A stretch of DNA of 64,000 bases from assembly GCA_963836735.1 (NCBI GenBank), contig CAWIKP010000018.1, positions 165,414 to 229,413 on the forward strand, read 5' to 3'. The notes beneath the pieces were generated by a model. The model was not told the DNA's origin. It was given only the letters and a program-made list of their open reading frames with translations, and ran no database searches. The DNA comes from an uncultured Acidobacteriota bacterium. GTDB lineage: Bacteria > Acidobacteriota > Vicinamibacteria > Vicinamibacterales > 2-12-FULL-66-21. The position numbers and the translations under genes are program-made. Shown piece after piece: positions 19,992 to 30,109 of the stretch (the first letter of the stretch is position 1; each line of letters begins with the position of its first letter).

Positions 19992-21038
19992 ATGAAGCAG
20001 AAACGAGGACGGCTCCAGCTTGGCATCATCTGGGGGCTGGTCGCAGGCCTGGCCGTCCTGCAAGTGGCGCTCTGGAGCCTCGCCGGCACCGGACCGGACA
20101 CCGCGGCCGTGCTCTATCTCGTCGCCGGCTGGGTGGTCGTGCTTTCGCTGGCGATGCTGGCGTCCCGCGGGATCGGCACGCTGACCGAGCGCCTGGCCGC
20201 GCGCGAAACGGCGCACCGCGCGACGCTGGACGAAGTCCAGCAGCTGCAGACGCAGAACGCGATGCTGCAGATCGTGGCCCGGTCGGTCGACGTCGCGCTC
20301 GACGTTTCAGGCGCTGGCGGTGCGCATCGCCAGGCTCGTCCGGCTGCGATCGGGTCGGGCTGGCGCTGCTCAACGAGACCGGCTAGGAGTTCGAGACCTT
20401 CACCGCCCGGGTCCAGGAAGACGAACGCCGGAACCGCCCGCGGCCCGATGTCGTGTTCAAGGATCGACAGCACGGCCATCGGCCAGGTCGTGCGAACGCT
20501 GGATCCGATGCTCATCAACGACGCCAGCGACGCCGACGCGGATCTGCTCGACGTCAACGTGCTGCATGACCGCCGGGTTCAAGTCGGCGCTGATCCTGCC
20601 GCTCGTCTCCAGCGGCCGAGGCGTGGGCACGCTGAACCTGGTGTCACGCCAGGCGCGATCGTTTCAGGCGGCAGACATCGAGACCTGCGGCCAATCGCGG
20701 AGATCCTGGCCGTGGCCCACGTCGCGCAGCAGCTGCACATGCTGCTCGGCAAGCATCGAACGACGGAAGCGATGGCCGACGTGATGCTGTCGATCGCCGC
20801 CGAGATCAACAGCGCGCTTCAGATCATCGTCGGCCACTGCGACCTGCTGGAGCGTGGTTATCCGGACCCGCAGCTCCAGCGCGATCTCGCGACCGTCGTC
20901 CGGCAGGCACAGCGGATCGCGGAACTGCTCGAGAAGATGCGGACCACGGCCAACGATCGGCTGAAAGAAGTGGCGCATTCGATCGAGGGAGCCGGAATCC
21001 CCACCAGCCCCGACGCCTACGCGCACGACGAAGTGTGA
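19992..21038 (+). CDS. Membrane protein with 2 TM segments + GAF + HisKA-like helical domain, no catalytic ATPase domain (internal frameshifts)
   Basis: Two N-terminal TM segments. GAF signature GFKSALILPLVSSGRGVGTLNLVSR lies in ORF 20320..20784. The C-terminus reads SIAAEINSALQIIVGHCDLL...QAQRIAELL. Confidence 0.72.
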   Translation: MKQKRGRLQLGIIWGLVAGLAVLQVALWSLAGTGPDTAAVLYLVAGWVVVLSLAMLASRGIGTLTERLAARETAHRATLDEVQQLQTQNAMLQIVARSVDVALDVSGAGGAHRQARPAAIGSGWRCSTRPARSSRPSPPGSRKTNAGTARGPMSCSRIDSTAIGQVVRTLDPMLINDASDADADLLDVNVLHDRRVQVGADPAARLQRPRRGHAEPGVTPGAIVSGGRHRDLRPIAEILAVAHVAQQLHMLLGKHRTTEAMADVMLSIAAEINSALQIIVGHCDLLERGYPDPQLQRDLATVVRQAQRIAELLEKMRTTANDRLKEVAHSIEGAGIPTSPDAYAHDEV

Positions 21039-21046
21039 CAATCAAT

Positions 21047-21094
21047 CGCTGGTCCGCTGAGTCCGCTGGTCCGCTGAGTCCGCTGGTCCGCTGA
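21047..21094. repeat. Short tandem repeat (17-bp unit CGCTGGTCCGCTGAGTC, about 3 copies) between convergent genes
   Basis: cgctggtccgctgagtccgctggtccgctgagtccgctggtccgctga. Confidence 0.8.
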
Positions 21095-21124
21095 TCCGTT
21101 AAGACCAGCGACTCCAGGTGCAGA

Positions 21125-21442
21125 TCAGTGCTCCAACGTCGCTGCATCCCGCAGCGTCAGCGCAATCAGGATCGCCAGCACGGTCAGCGTCGCGCCGAGC
21201 ATCAGCCAGTCGCGCTCGGCGAGCGCCGTGGCCAGGGCCCAGACGACCCGCAGCATCGGCATCAGCAGCAACCCGAGCAGTCCGGCGGCCATCGCGAGCG
21301 CGCCGGCATCGGTCGCAGGCGTGGCGACCCAGAGGATCAGGCCGGCCCCGAGCGCGCTGAAGGCGCTCCAGAACACCACCAGCATCACCGCCGACACGAT
21401 GCGCTCGAAGCTCGTCTCGCGGGCGCCGGTGTCGGTGGTCAT
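21125..21442 (-). CDS. Small membrane protein, DUF1634-like partner of TauE
   Basis: MTTDTGARETSFERIVSAVML...GLLGLLLMPMLRVV...ERDW. ATGA overlap with the TauE stop. Confidence 0.7.
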   Translation of the reverse strand: MTTDTGARETSFERIVSAVMLVVFWSAFSALGAGLILWVATPATDAGALAMAAGLLGLLLMPMLRVVWALATALAERDWLMLGATLTVLAILIALTLRDAATLEH

Positions 21443-22267
21443 AAGGCTTTCGTCACGTACATCGCCGACACGAACAACAACACCGCGGCCATCAGCATCT
21501 TGAGCCACTTCGCGCGGGCGCGTTCGCCGAACCACAATCCCGCGCGCGAGCCGAAGAACGTTCCGAGCACGGCTGCCGCGGCGAGCGGCGGCGACGATGT
21601 CGCCGCGGGCGTAGTAGAGCGGCGCGGACGCCGCGGCGGTGATGCCGATCATGATGGCGCTCGTCGCCGCGGCCGCGCGCAGCGGCACCCCGCACCACGC
21701 ATTGAGCGCCGGGACCTGGAGGATGCCGCCGCCGATCCCAAGCAGCCCCGAGATGCTGCCCGCGACGAGCGAGACACCCAGGGCGGCCGGAAGGCGGCGG
21801 GTGCGATAGACCACTTCCTGACCGGTCTCGTGCTCGTAGTAGCGGCCGCCGAAGGGCCCCGACTCGATCGACGTGTCCAGAATGACGTTCCGTCGTTCCA
21901 GCCGGGACAGCATGATCGCCGCGATGACCGCGGTGACGATGGCGAACGTCAGCTGGAGTGCGTGCTCCGGAATCTGCTGCGCGTAGCTGCCGCCGTAATA
22001 GCCGCCCGCCGCGGCGGCAATCTGGAGAATCATCCCCAGGCGCAGGTTGACCAGGCCCCGATTCGTGCCCCGGGCGACCACGCTCGAGGTGGCGACCACG
22101 GTCATGAGGCCGACGCCTGCCGCGACGTTCAGCGGAAAGCCGAGCGCAACGTTCAGAAAGGGAACGAGAAACACGCCGCCGCCCAGCCCGAGCATGGAAC
22201 CCAGGCCGCCCGCTGCGGCGCCGGCAACGATGACGAGAGCAACGATGCGTCCGGTGATATCTGGCAA
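21439..22267 (-). CDS. Sulfite exporter TauE/SafE (TSUP) family, frameshift near 21590; start approximate
   Basis: Two GLGGG repeats (GSMLGLGGGVFLVP and SGLLGIGGGILQVP) and AAAATS. Confidence 0.85.
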
Positions 22268-22355
22268 AGCAGCTGAAGAAGTCGTGGTCGGGCCGGGCCC
22301 GGGACGCTCACGCCGCGGGGTGTATGATGGTCGAAATCTCCACGGGATTCTAGTC

Positions 22356-23729
22356 ATGTTCCGGCGCTTCTTCGAAGAAGGCCTCGCCCAGAGCTCCTAT
22401 CTCATCGCATGCGATCGAACACGGCAGGCAGCCGTGATCGATCCCCGCCGCGACATCGGCCAGTATGTCAGCACTGCACGGAGCGCCGGGCTGGCGATCA
22501 GCCATGCCATCGAGACGCACATCCACGCCGATTTCGTGTCGGGTTCGCGCGAGCTCGCGGCGCTCGGGGCGCAGGTGGTCGCGGGGCCTGGAGCCGGGCT
22601 GGCATTCGACCACGTCGAGATGCCGCATGGGTCGACTCTGCGTGTGGGTGACATGGAACTGCGGGTGCTCCACACCCCGGGCCACACTCCCGAGCACATC
22701 TCGCTCATCCAGACCCACCCCTCGGAGCCGCCGCGCGTCTTCACCGGCGATACACTGTTCGTCGGCGCGGTGGGCAGGCCCGATCTGCTCGGGGATGCGG
22801 TCATGCGCTCACTGGCGGAACAGCTGCACGAGTCGCTGTTCACGACGCTGATGCGGTTGCCGGACGACCTCGAGCTGTGGCCCGGGCACGGGGCCGGCTC
22901 ACTCTGCGGAAGCGGAATCGGCGCCGCGGCGCACTCGACAATCGGCGATGAGCGACGCCACAATCCTCTCTTGCAGCATTCCAGCCGGGAGGCATTCGTC
23001 CAGGCAGTGCTCTCCGATCTCCCGGATACGCCGCCGTATTTTCCGCGAATGAAGCAATTGAACAAGGAGGGTGCGACGGTCAAGCGACTGGCCGGCGGCG
23101 TCGATGCACCACCGGTCATCGCGCCAATTGCCGCGGCCGACCGGGCCCGCGACGGCGCATGGATTCTCGACCTGCGATCGACCACGGAGCACGCCGCCGG
23201 TCATCCGCGCGGCTCCCTTGCGATCCCATCCGGCCCGAAGATCGGCTACTGGTCGGCGTGGATGATCCCGGCTGGCTCACCGATCATGCTTCTGACCGAA
23301 GACGCGCAGGAGGCCGCTGAAGCACGACGGCAGCTGCTGACGGTGGGGCTCGACGACGTGCCAGGATGGATCGCCGGCGGCCTCGAGAAGTGGAGCGGCG
23401 CAGGGCTTCCGGTCTCCACGACACCGCTGGTCGCCGCCATCGATCTCCGTCGAGGAGAAGTGCATCCCTCGCGACTCACGATCGTCGACGTGCGCAACCG
23501 GCGCGAATGGGCACACGATCACGTTCCTGGAGCGCTGCACATCCCGCTGCAGGAGCTTCGCTCCCGGCTCGAGGAGATTCCCCGCGGCCGGCCCATCGCG
23601 ACCATGTGCGAAGGTGGCTCGCGCTCGGCCCTGGCTGCCAGCCTGCTGGAGCGCGCAGGTATCGAGAACGTCATGAACGTCGCTGGCGGCATGAGCGTAT
23701 GGCGGACAATCGAAAGCCCGGCGGTCTGA
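22356..23729 (+). CDS. MBL-fold persulfide dioxygenase fused to two rhodanese-like domains (CstB/Blh-like)
   Basis: ETHIHADFVSG, HTPGHTPEH, FTGDTLFVGAVGRPDL, PGHGAGSLCG, and a C-terminal rhodanese with CEGGSRS. Confidence 0.9.
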   Translation: MFRRFFEEGLAQSSYLIACDRTRQAAVIDPRRDIGQYVSTARSAGLAISHAIETHIHADFVSGSRELAALGAQVVAGPGAGLAFDHVEMPHGSTLRVGDMELRVLHTPGHTPEHISLIQTHPSEPPRVFTGDTLFVGAVGRPDLLGDAVMRSLAEQLHESLFTTLMRLPDDLELWPGHGAGSLCGSGIGAAAHSTIGDERRHNPLLQHSSREAFVQAVLSDLPDTPPYFPRMKQLNKEGATVKRLAGGVDAPPVIAPIAAADRARDGAWILDLRSTTEHAAGHPRGSLAIPSGPKIGYWSAWMIPAGSPIMLLTEDAQEAAEARRQLLTVGLDDVPGWIAGGLEKWSGAGLPVSTTPLVAAIDLRRGEVHPSRLTIVDVRNRREWAHDHVPGALHIPLQELRSRLEEIPRGRPIATMCEGGSRSALAASLLERAGIENVMNVAGGMSVWRTIESPAV

Positions 23730-23731
23730 CG

Positions 23732-26001
23732 ATGGTTCTCGCCGCCGGATCGAGGCTCGCCCAGTACGAAATCGTCTCGGCGGTCGGCTCCGGCGGGATG
23801 GGCGTGGTCTATCGCGCACGCGACACGCGTCTCAACCGCGACGTTGCGCTGAAGGTGATGGCACCCCACATCGCCTCGGATCCGGCGATGCGGTTCCGCT
23901 TCGAGACCGAAGCGCGCGCGGTCGCCTCGCTGACGCATCCCGGCATCCTTTCCATCTATGAGCTTGCGGTAGCCGACGGTGTGCCGTTCGCGGTGATGGA
24001 GCTGCTCGAGGGCCGCAATCTCCGCGAGCGGATCGCGGCCGGCCCGCTGCCCTGGCGCGAGGCGGTCGACATCGGCGCGGCGATTGCCGACGGGCTTGCC
24101 GCCGCGCACGCCAAGGGCGTCGTCCATCGCGACCTCAAGCCCGAGAACGTATTCCTGACGAGCGACGGGCACGTCAAAATCCTCGACTTCGGCCTTGCCT
24201 TGCAGCGGTTGGGCGGCAGCGAAGTCCCGACGGTCGCGCACACGGCGGCCGGTGTGGTGCTCGGCACCTTCGGCTACATGTCGCCCGAGCAGGTGACCGG
24301 CGGACAGGTAGACGGCCGCACCGACACCTTTGCGCTCGGCTGCCTGCTCTACGAGATGCTCACGGGACGTCAGCTCTTCACCGGTGTGACGCCACAGGAG
24401 CTGATCGCACAGGCTGCTGCACGAGTCTGCGCCGGATCTGTCCTCATTCGATCCGCTCGCGCCGCAGGGGCTTCGCGACATCGTCGCGCGCATGGTCGAG
24501 CGGGATCCGGCGCGGCGATTCGACTCGGCGATGGCGGTCGCCGCGGCGCTGCGCGGCCTGCTGTCAGGATCGGCCGTCCAGCATGCCGCGCGTGTCGCGT
24601 GCGCGAGGCAAGTCTCTCGCGGTGCTCCCGTTCGTCAACGCTGCCGATCCAAAGCTCGAATACCTGACCGACGGCATCGCCGAGAGCATCATCAACAGCC
24701 TCTCCCAGCTCGGCACGATCCGCGTCGTCCCGCGGAGCGTCGTGTTCCGGTACAAAGGCATGCTGGTCGATCCATCGACGATTGGCGCCGCCTTGAACGT
24801 CAAGACGATCCTCACCGGCCGGCTCACGCAGCACGACGACATCCTGACCATCCAGGCCGAGCTCGTGGATACCACCACCGAGTCGCAATTGTGGGGCGAG
24901 CAGTTCCGGCAGAGCGTGCGCGACCTGATGACGGTGCAGGACGAGATCGCCTGGCAGATCTCCGAGGCGCTGCGGCTCAAGCTGACGGCAGCCCAGAAGA
25001 AGAAGCTGCGGAAGCAATCGACGGTCAATGCCGCCGCCTACCAGGCGTACCTGAGAGGGCGCCACCATTGGAACAAGTGGTCCGCGGACAGTTTCCGGCG
25101 GGCGCTCGAGGAATTCCAGCAGGCGATCGACCTCGATCCCCTGTACGCGCTGGCGTACGCCGGGCTCGGTGACGCGTTCGGTGCGATGGCGTACTACGGT
25201 CACATCGACATGCGGCAGGGGTTCTACAGGGCCCGCGCCGCGGCCGAGCGGGCGCTGGAGCTCGATGCCGATCTGGCGGACGCACACGTCACCCTCGCGC
25301 TCGGCAGACTGTTCGGGGAGTGGGACTGGCCGGCTGCCGGGCGCGAGCTGCAGCAGGCGATCGCGCTCGATCCGAAGCATGCCCTGGCGCATTCGGTCAA
25401 CGCGCTCTACCTCACGACCTGCGGAAAGTTCGACGAGTCGCTGAGCGAGGCGCGGACGGCACGCGATCTCGATCCCATCTCGGTCTTCACGAATATCGGC
25501 GTTGCCTGGTCGCATCATTTCGCGGGCCGCTATCGGGAGGCGCTTCACGAAGCGCTGCGCGTCCGGGATCTGATGCCCGGGATGGAGGAAGCCGGGAACG
25601 TTCTGATCGGCGCCTATGAAATGCTCGGGCGGTTCGAAGACGCCGCGCGCCTGATCGGCGAACAGCCGTGCTATGGCATGCGCCTCGATGCCGCCGCGCT
25701 GCTCGAGGCCTACCAGAAAGGAGGCAGCGACGAATACTGGCGGACCCGGCTCGCGCAGATGACGGCCGCCAACCCGAGTCCGGCGGTGCACTTCGGGTTC
25801 GCCATCTGCCACCTGAAACTCGGCGAAACCGACCGCGCGCTCGATCATCTCGAGAAGATGGTCGAGGCCCACGTGGGCGGAGTGGTTTTCATTGGCGTCG
25901 ATCCCACGCTCCGGCAGCTCCGCGGCAACCAGCGCTACGAAGCGATCCTCAAGCGGGTGGGTTCGCCCATGGCTTCAGCACCGCGTACAGCGTCGCCATA
26001 A
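23732..26001 (+). CDS. Hanks-type Ser/Thr kinase with TolB-like and TPR domains (frameshifts at about 24410-24580)
   Basis: GSGGMGVVY, VALK, HRDLKPEN, KILDFGLA, GTFGYMSPEQ, then SLAVLPFVN and AIDLDPLYALAYAGL-type TPRs. Confidence 0.9.
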
Positions 26002-26878
26002 TCGGTACGTCGACGCCGGCCCGCTCCGCGCGCCGGACGAGCGCGCCGTGCAGCGCCTCGACCTCGATGCGCTTGCCTTGCGACAAATCGATCAGCAGCG
26101 ACGACCTCATCGTCCCGGGGATCGCGGCGACGTAGCCCTCGATCCGCTGGACGACATCAGCGGCGACCGGCACCCCTTCCGCGCGCGCCACCCGTTCGAT
26201 CTCGCGACAGCCTTCGAGGAACTGCGCCCGGCACCAGGCATCCTGCCAGATCGGCCCGATCGGCAGGCGCGCGGCGCCGGTGAACCCCGCCAGCGATACC
26301 AGAAAGATGAACTTCTCCCAGATCGGGACCCGGCCGTCGCCGACGGCCTCGGCCTGGACCTCCGCTCCTGCCAGCGCGCGCTCGATCTGCGTGACCCGTT
26401 CGGAAACAGATGGCAACGCGCCGAACACCTCTCCAAAAACAACGCGGCGGTGAGTGCCGGTCTGCTCGATGACGCCTGGAGCGGCAAGCGCAGTCGCAAT
26501 GTAGGTCGTGCCGCCGATGACACGATCCTCACCGACGGCGGCTGCCAGCTCGCTGACGCTGTCGACGCCGTTCTGGAGCGTCAGGACCGCGGATCCCGGA
26601 CCGAGCAGCGGAAGCAGCGCCGGAATGGCGGTGCTGTTGTCGTACGCCTTGACGGCGAAAAGGACGAGGTCGACCGGGCCGACCCGGGCCGTGTCCTGTT
26701 CGGCGCGTGCCCTGGCGGTGAAGTCACCGAGCGCAGGACTCCGGACCTGCAGCCCCTGCGCGCGGATCGCGTCGAGATGCGCACCGCGAGCGATGAAAGT
26801 GACGTCGTGACCGGCCAGCGCGAGCCTGGCGCCGTAGTAGCCGCCGACCGCCCCTGATCCCATGACTGCGATACGCAT
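25949..26878 (-). CDS. panE: 2-dehydropantoate 2-reductase (ApbA/PanE)
   Basis: MRIAVMGSGAVGGYYG, LFAVKAYD, LTLQNG, IWEKF, SSLLIDL..GKRIEVE. Confidence 0.9.
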   Translation of the reverse strand: MRIAVMGSGAVGGYYGARLALAGHDVTFIARGAHLDAIRAQGLQVRSPALGDFTARARAEQDTARVGPVDLVLFAVKAYDNSTAIPALLPLLGPGSAVLTLQNGVDSVSELAAAVGEDRVIGGTTYIATALAAPGVIEQTGTHRRVVFGEVFGALPSVSERVTQIERALAGAEVQAEAVGDGRVPIWEKFIFLVSLAGFTGAARLPIGPIWQDAWCRAQFLEGCREIERVARAEGVPVAADVVQRIEGYVAAIPGTMRSSLLIDLSQGKRIEVEALHGALVRRAERAGVDVPIMATLYAVLKPWANPPA

Positions 26879-27027
26879 CCGCTGAGTTGTCCCATGGCGT
26901 CGCGACGATGTGCAAGGGTTGCCGGCAACTCCGGCGCGGGTTGCCTCGTAGCTTCAGACCAGGGGCGTATCGGGCTTTGTTTTTGTAAGCCGGCACAGCA
27001 TAATCCGCGACGTACGTTGTGACTGCC

Positions 27028-30000
27028 ATGGATTGTGCCCGCTGCGGTCATTCATCCGGAGGTGATTCGACGCGCTGCGAGCGTTGCGGCGCCAGTCTCG
27101 CGCCCGCGGGCGCCCCAGGATCCGGGCTGTCAGCGGAGCCATCGTCCGAAGCCGGCCCTGCAGCATCCACGATTCTCCTCGACTCCGCTTCGACACCCTC
27201 CGCGGGACGTGCGGGTGTTCCCGGCGTTGCGACCACGAGCGGCGCGACCAACTTCGGCGACCCGCGCCTGTTCGGTCAGGGGCCGCTTGCGGTCGGGCAG
27301 CCGTTCGGCCCGCGCTATCAGATCCTTCGCGTGCTGGGTGTGGGCGGGATGGGTGCGGTCTACCAGGCGTGGGATGCGGCGCTCGGCGTGGCCGTCGCGC
27401 TGAAGGTCATCCGCACCGACCACCGGCAAGTGACGGCGGAAATCGAGCAACGTTTCAAGAACGAGCTGCTGCTCGCGCGGCAGGTCACCCACAAGAGCGT
27501 CGTTCGCATTCACGACCTCGGCGAGATCGACGGCATCAAGTACATCACGATGCCGTACGTCGACGGCCAGGATCTGGCGACGCTGCTCCGCGCGAAAGGC
27601 ACGCTGCCGCTCGCGACCACGCTGCAGGTCGCACGGCAGATGGCCGACGGGCTCCAGGCCGCGCACGAAGCGGGCGTTGCTTCATCGAGACCTCAAGCCG
27701 GCGAACGTCATGCTGTCGACCGGCGACGAGATCCATGCGTTCATCATGGATTTCGGGATCTCGACTTCGACCGAGCATGCGGAAGGCGGGCCGGTGCTCG
27801 GCACGCTCGAATACATGCCGCCCGAGCAGGCGATGGGCGGACCTCTCGATGCCCGCGCTGACATCTACACCTTCGGACTGATCGTTTACGAGCTGTTGAT
27901 CGGACTGCGCCCGCGTCGGGGGTCCGACACAGGCGGAGCGTATCGAGGCCATGAAGCGGCGCTTTCTCGAAGGGCTGCCGCCCCTGCGCAGCCTCGATCC
28001 TTCAATCCCCGAGCCGGTCGAGGAGCTCGTGACGCGGTGCCTGGCGAGCGACCCCGCCGACCGCTTTCAAACGACGGAGGAACTCTGCGCGGCGCTGGCG
28101 CGACTGGACGACAACGGCGAGGTCATACCCGAACCGCGCCGGCTGACGAAGCCAATGCTGGCGTTCGCCATCGCGCTCATGATCCTGCTCGCGGCTCGGC
28201 ACCTACTTCGCGACCCGGCAGCTGCTCGCGCCACCGGTCGAGCATCCGCCGGTGTCGGTGCTCGTCGCCGACATCGAGAACCGCACCGGGGACTCGACCT
28301 TCGACGGCGCGATCGAGCAGTCACTGTCGGGCGGCCTCGAGACAGGCGGCCTTCGTGACGGTGTATCCCCGCCGCTCGGCGCGCGGACGCTCGCCCGGAA
28401 GCTCAAGCCCGGGAGCCGCATCGACGCCGAGATGGCGCGGCTGATCTCGAACAGCGAAGGCATCGGCGTCATCGTCAGCGGCAGCGTCGAACGACAGGGC
28501 AATGGCTACCAGGTGTCGGTGACGAGCCATCAATGCGGCAGACGGAAAAGTCGTCGCCGAGGAGCGGGCGCGGGCGTCGGACAAGTCGAGGGTCCTCGCT
28601 GCCGTCGGCTCGCTCGCAGACGACGTCCGCCGGGCGCTGGGCGACACCGATGCCGAAGGGGTCCGCTGCGGCCGCGGAGACGTTCACCACCGCGTCGCTC
28701 GAGGCGATGCGGCGCCTTCGCACACGGTCAGGAGCTCCAGCAGGCCGGCCGGTTCGAGGAGGCGCTCCGCGAGTACCAGCGCGCGATCGATCTCGACCCC
28801 GGCTTCGCGCGCGCCTACTCAGGCATGGCCGGCGTCTACGCCAACTACTTCCGTCAGCCCGACAAGGCCGCGGCCAGCTACGAAGCGGCGATGAAGCACC
28901 TCGATCGCATGACGGAGCGGGAGAAGTACCGGACGCTCGGCACCTACTACCTCGACATCGTCGCGCAACTACGAGAAGGCGATCGAGAACTTCGAGCACG
29001 CTCGTCAGACTCTATCCCGGCCGACGACAGCGGCCACGGCAACCTGGCGCTGCGCCTACATGAACGTCGGCCGAGATCCAGGATGCGCTGACCGAAGTCC
29101 GCAAGAGCCTCGAGATCTATCCGAAGAATTCGCTCCAGCGCTACAACTACGCGATGTATTCGATGTACGCCGGCGACTTCGCCACGGCGATCACCGAGGC
29201 GCGGCGCGTGCAGAAGGAAAACCCGAAACTGGAGTACGCCTATCTACCCGAGGCGCTGTCGCAGCTCGCGCAGGGGGACACCGCTGCGGCCAGCCGAGAG
29301 CTACCGTCGGCTCTCGGCGATGAGCCCGCTCGGCGCTTCGTTCGCGCAGCATGGGCGCAGGCCGACATGGCGATGTACTTCGGCCGGCATCGCGACGCCG
29401 TCCGCTGCTGCAGCAGGGCATCGAGGCCGACCTGAAGGACAAGAATGCGACGCAGGCGCGCCCAGAAGACCGTGGCGCTCGCCGAGGCGTACGTGGCCCT
29501 CGGCCAGCCGCGGCGCGCGGCCGATGCCGCGGCGCAGGCAGCAAGTTGAGCCGGCATGAGAGCACGCTGTTCCCGGCGGCGCGCGTCCTCGCCCGCCTGG
29601 GCCGCGAAGAGCTGGCGCTGCAGATCGCCGCCGATCTCGACAAGATGCTCCAGCGTCAGACCACCGCCTATGCGGGGATCATCCGCGGCGCGGTCGCCCT
29701 GCAGCACGGACGCGTGTCGGAGGGCATCGAGGCGCTTCGGGGCGCCAAGCAGCGGCACGATTCGTGGTCCGGCAGGTGCTTGCTCGGCAAGGCCTACGTC
29801 GAGGCGGATCATTTTGCGGAGGGGCTGACGCGAGCTGGAGCGGGCTTCAAGCGCCGCGGCGAAGCGACCGACGTGTTCTTCTACGACCTGCCGACCATGC
29901 GGTATCTGCCGCCGTTGTACTACTGGCTCGGTCGCGCGCAGCAGGGGCTCGGTGCGTCGGCCGAGGCACGCGAAGTCCTACGAGCAGTTTCTCGCCCTGA

Positions 30001-30059
30001 GGACGAACGCCGATCCACCGGATCCGCTCGCGGCGGACGCGCGCGCTCGCATGAAGTAG
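27028..30059 (+). CDS. Ser/Thr kinase with N-terminal zinc ribbon, TM segment and extracytoplasmic TPRs (multiple frameshifts)
   Basis: CARC...CERC, LGVGGMGAVY, HRDLKPANV, MDFG, GTLEYMPPEQ, TPR YQRAIDLDPGFARAYSG, and YYWLGRAQQGLG near the end. Confidence 0.85.
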
Positions 30060-30087
30060 CAGGGGCCGGCCCTACGACCGGCCCTGC
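30059..30087. terminator. GC hairpin between convergent genes
   Basis: gcaggggccgg-ccctacga-ccggccctgc. Confidence 0.4.
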
Positions 30088-30109
30088 TTCGTTCTCCCGC
30101 GGCATTCCG

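Noticed and set aside
21125-22357. TauE-DUF1634 fusion ORF
   Set aside because: An out-of-frame junction and an ATGA stop/start overlap at 21439-21442 show two genes.
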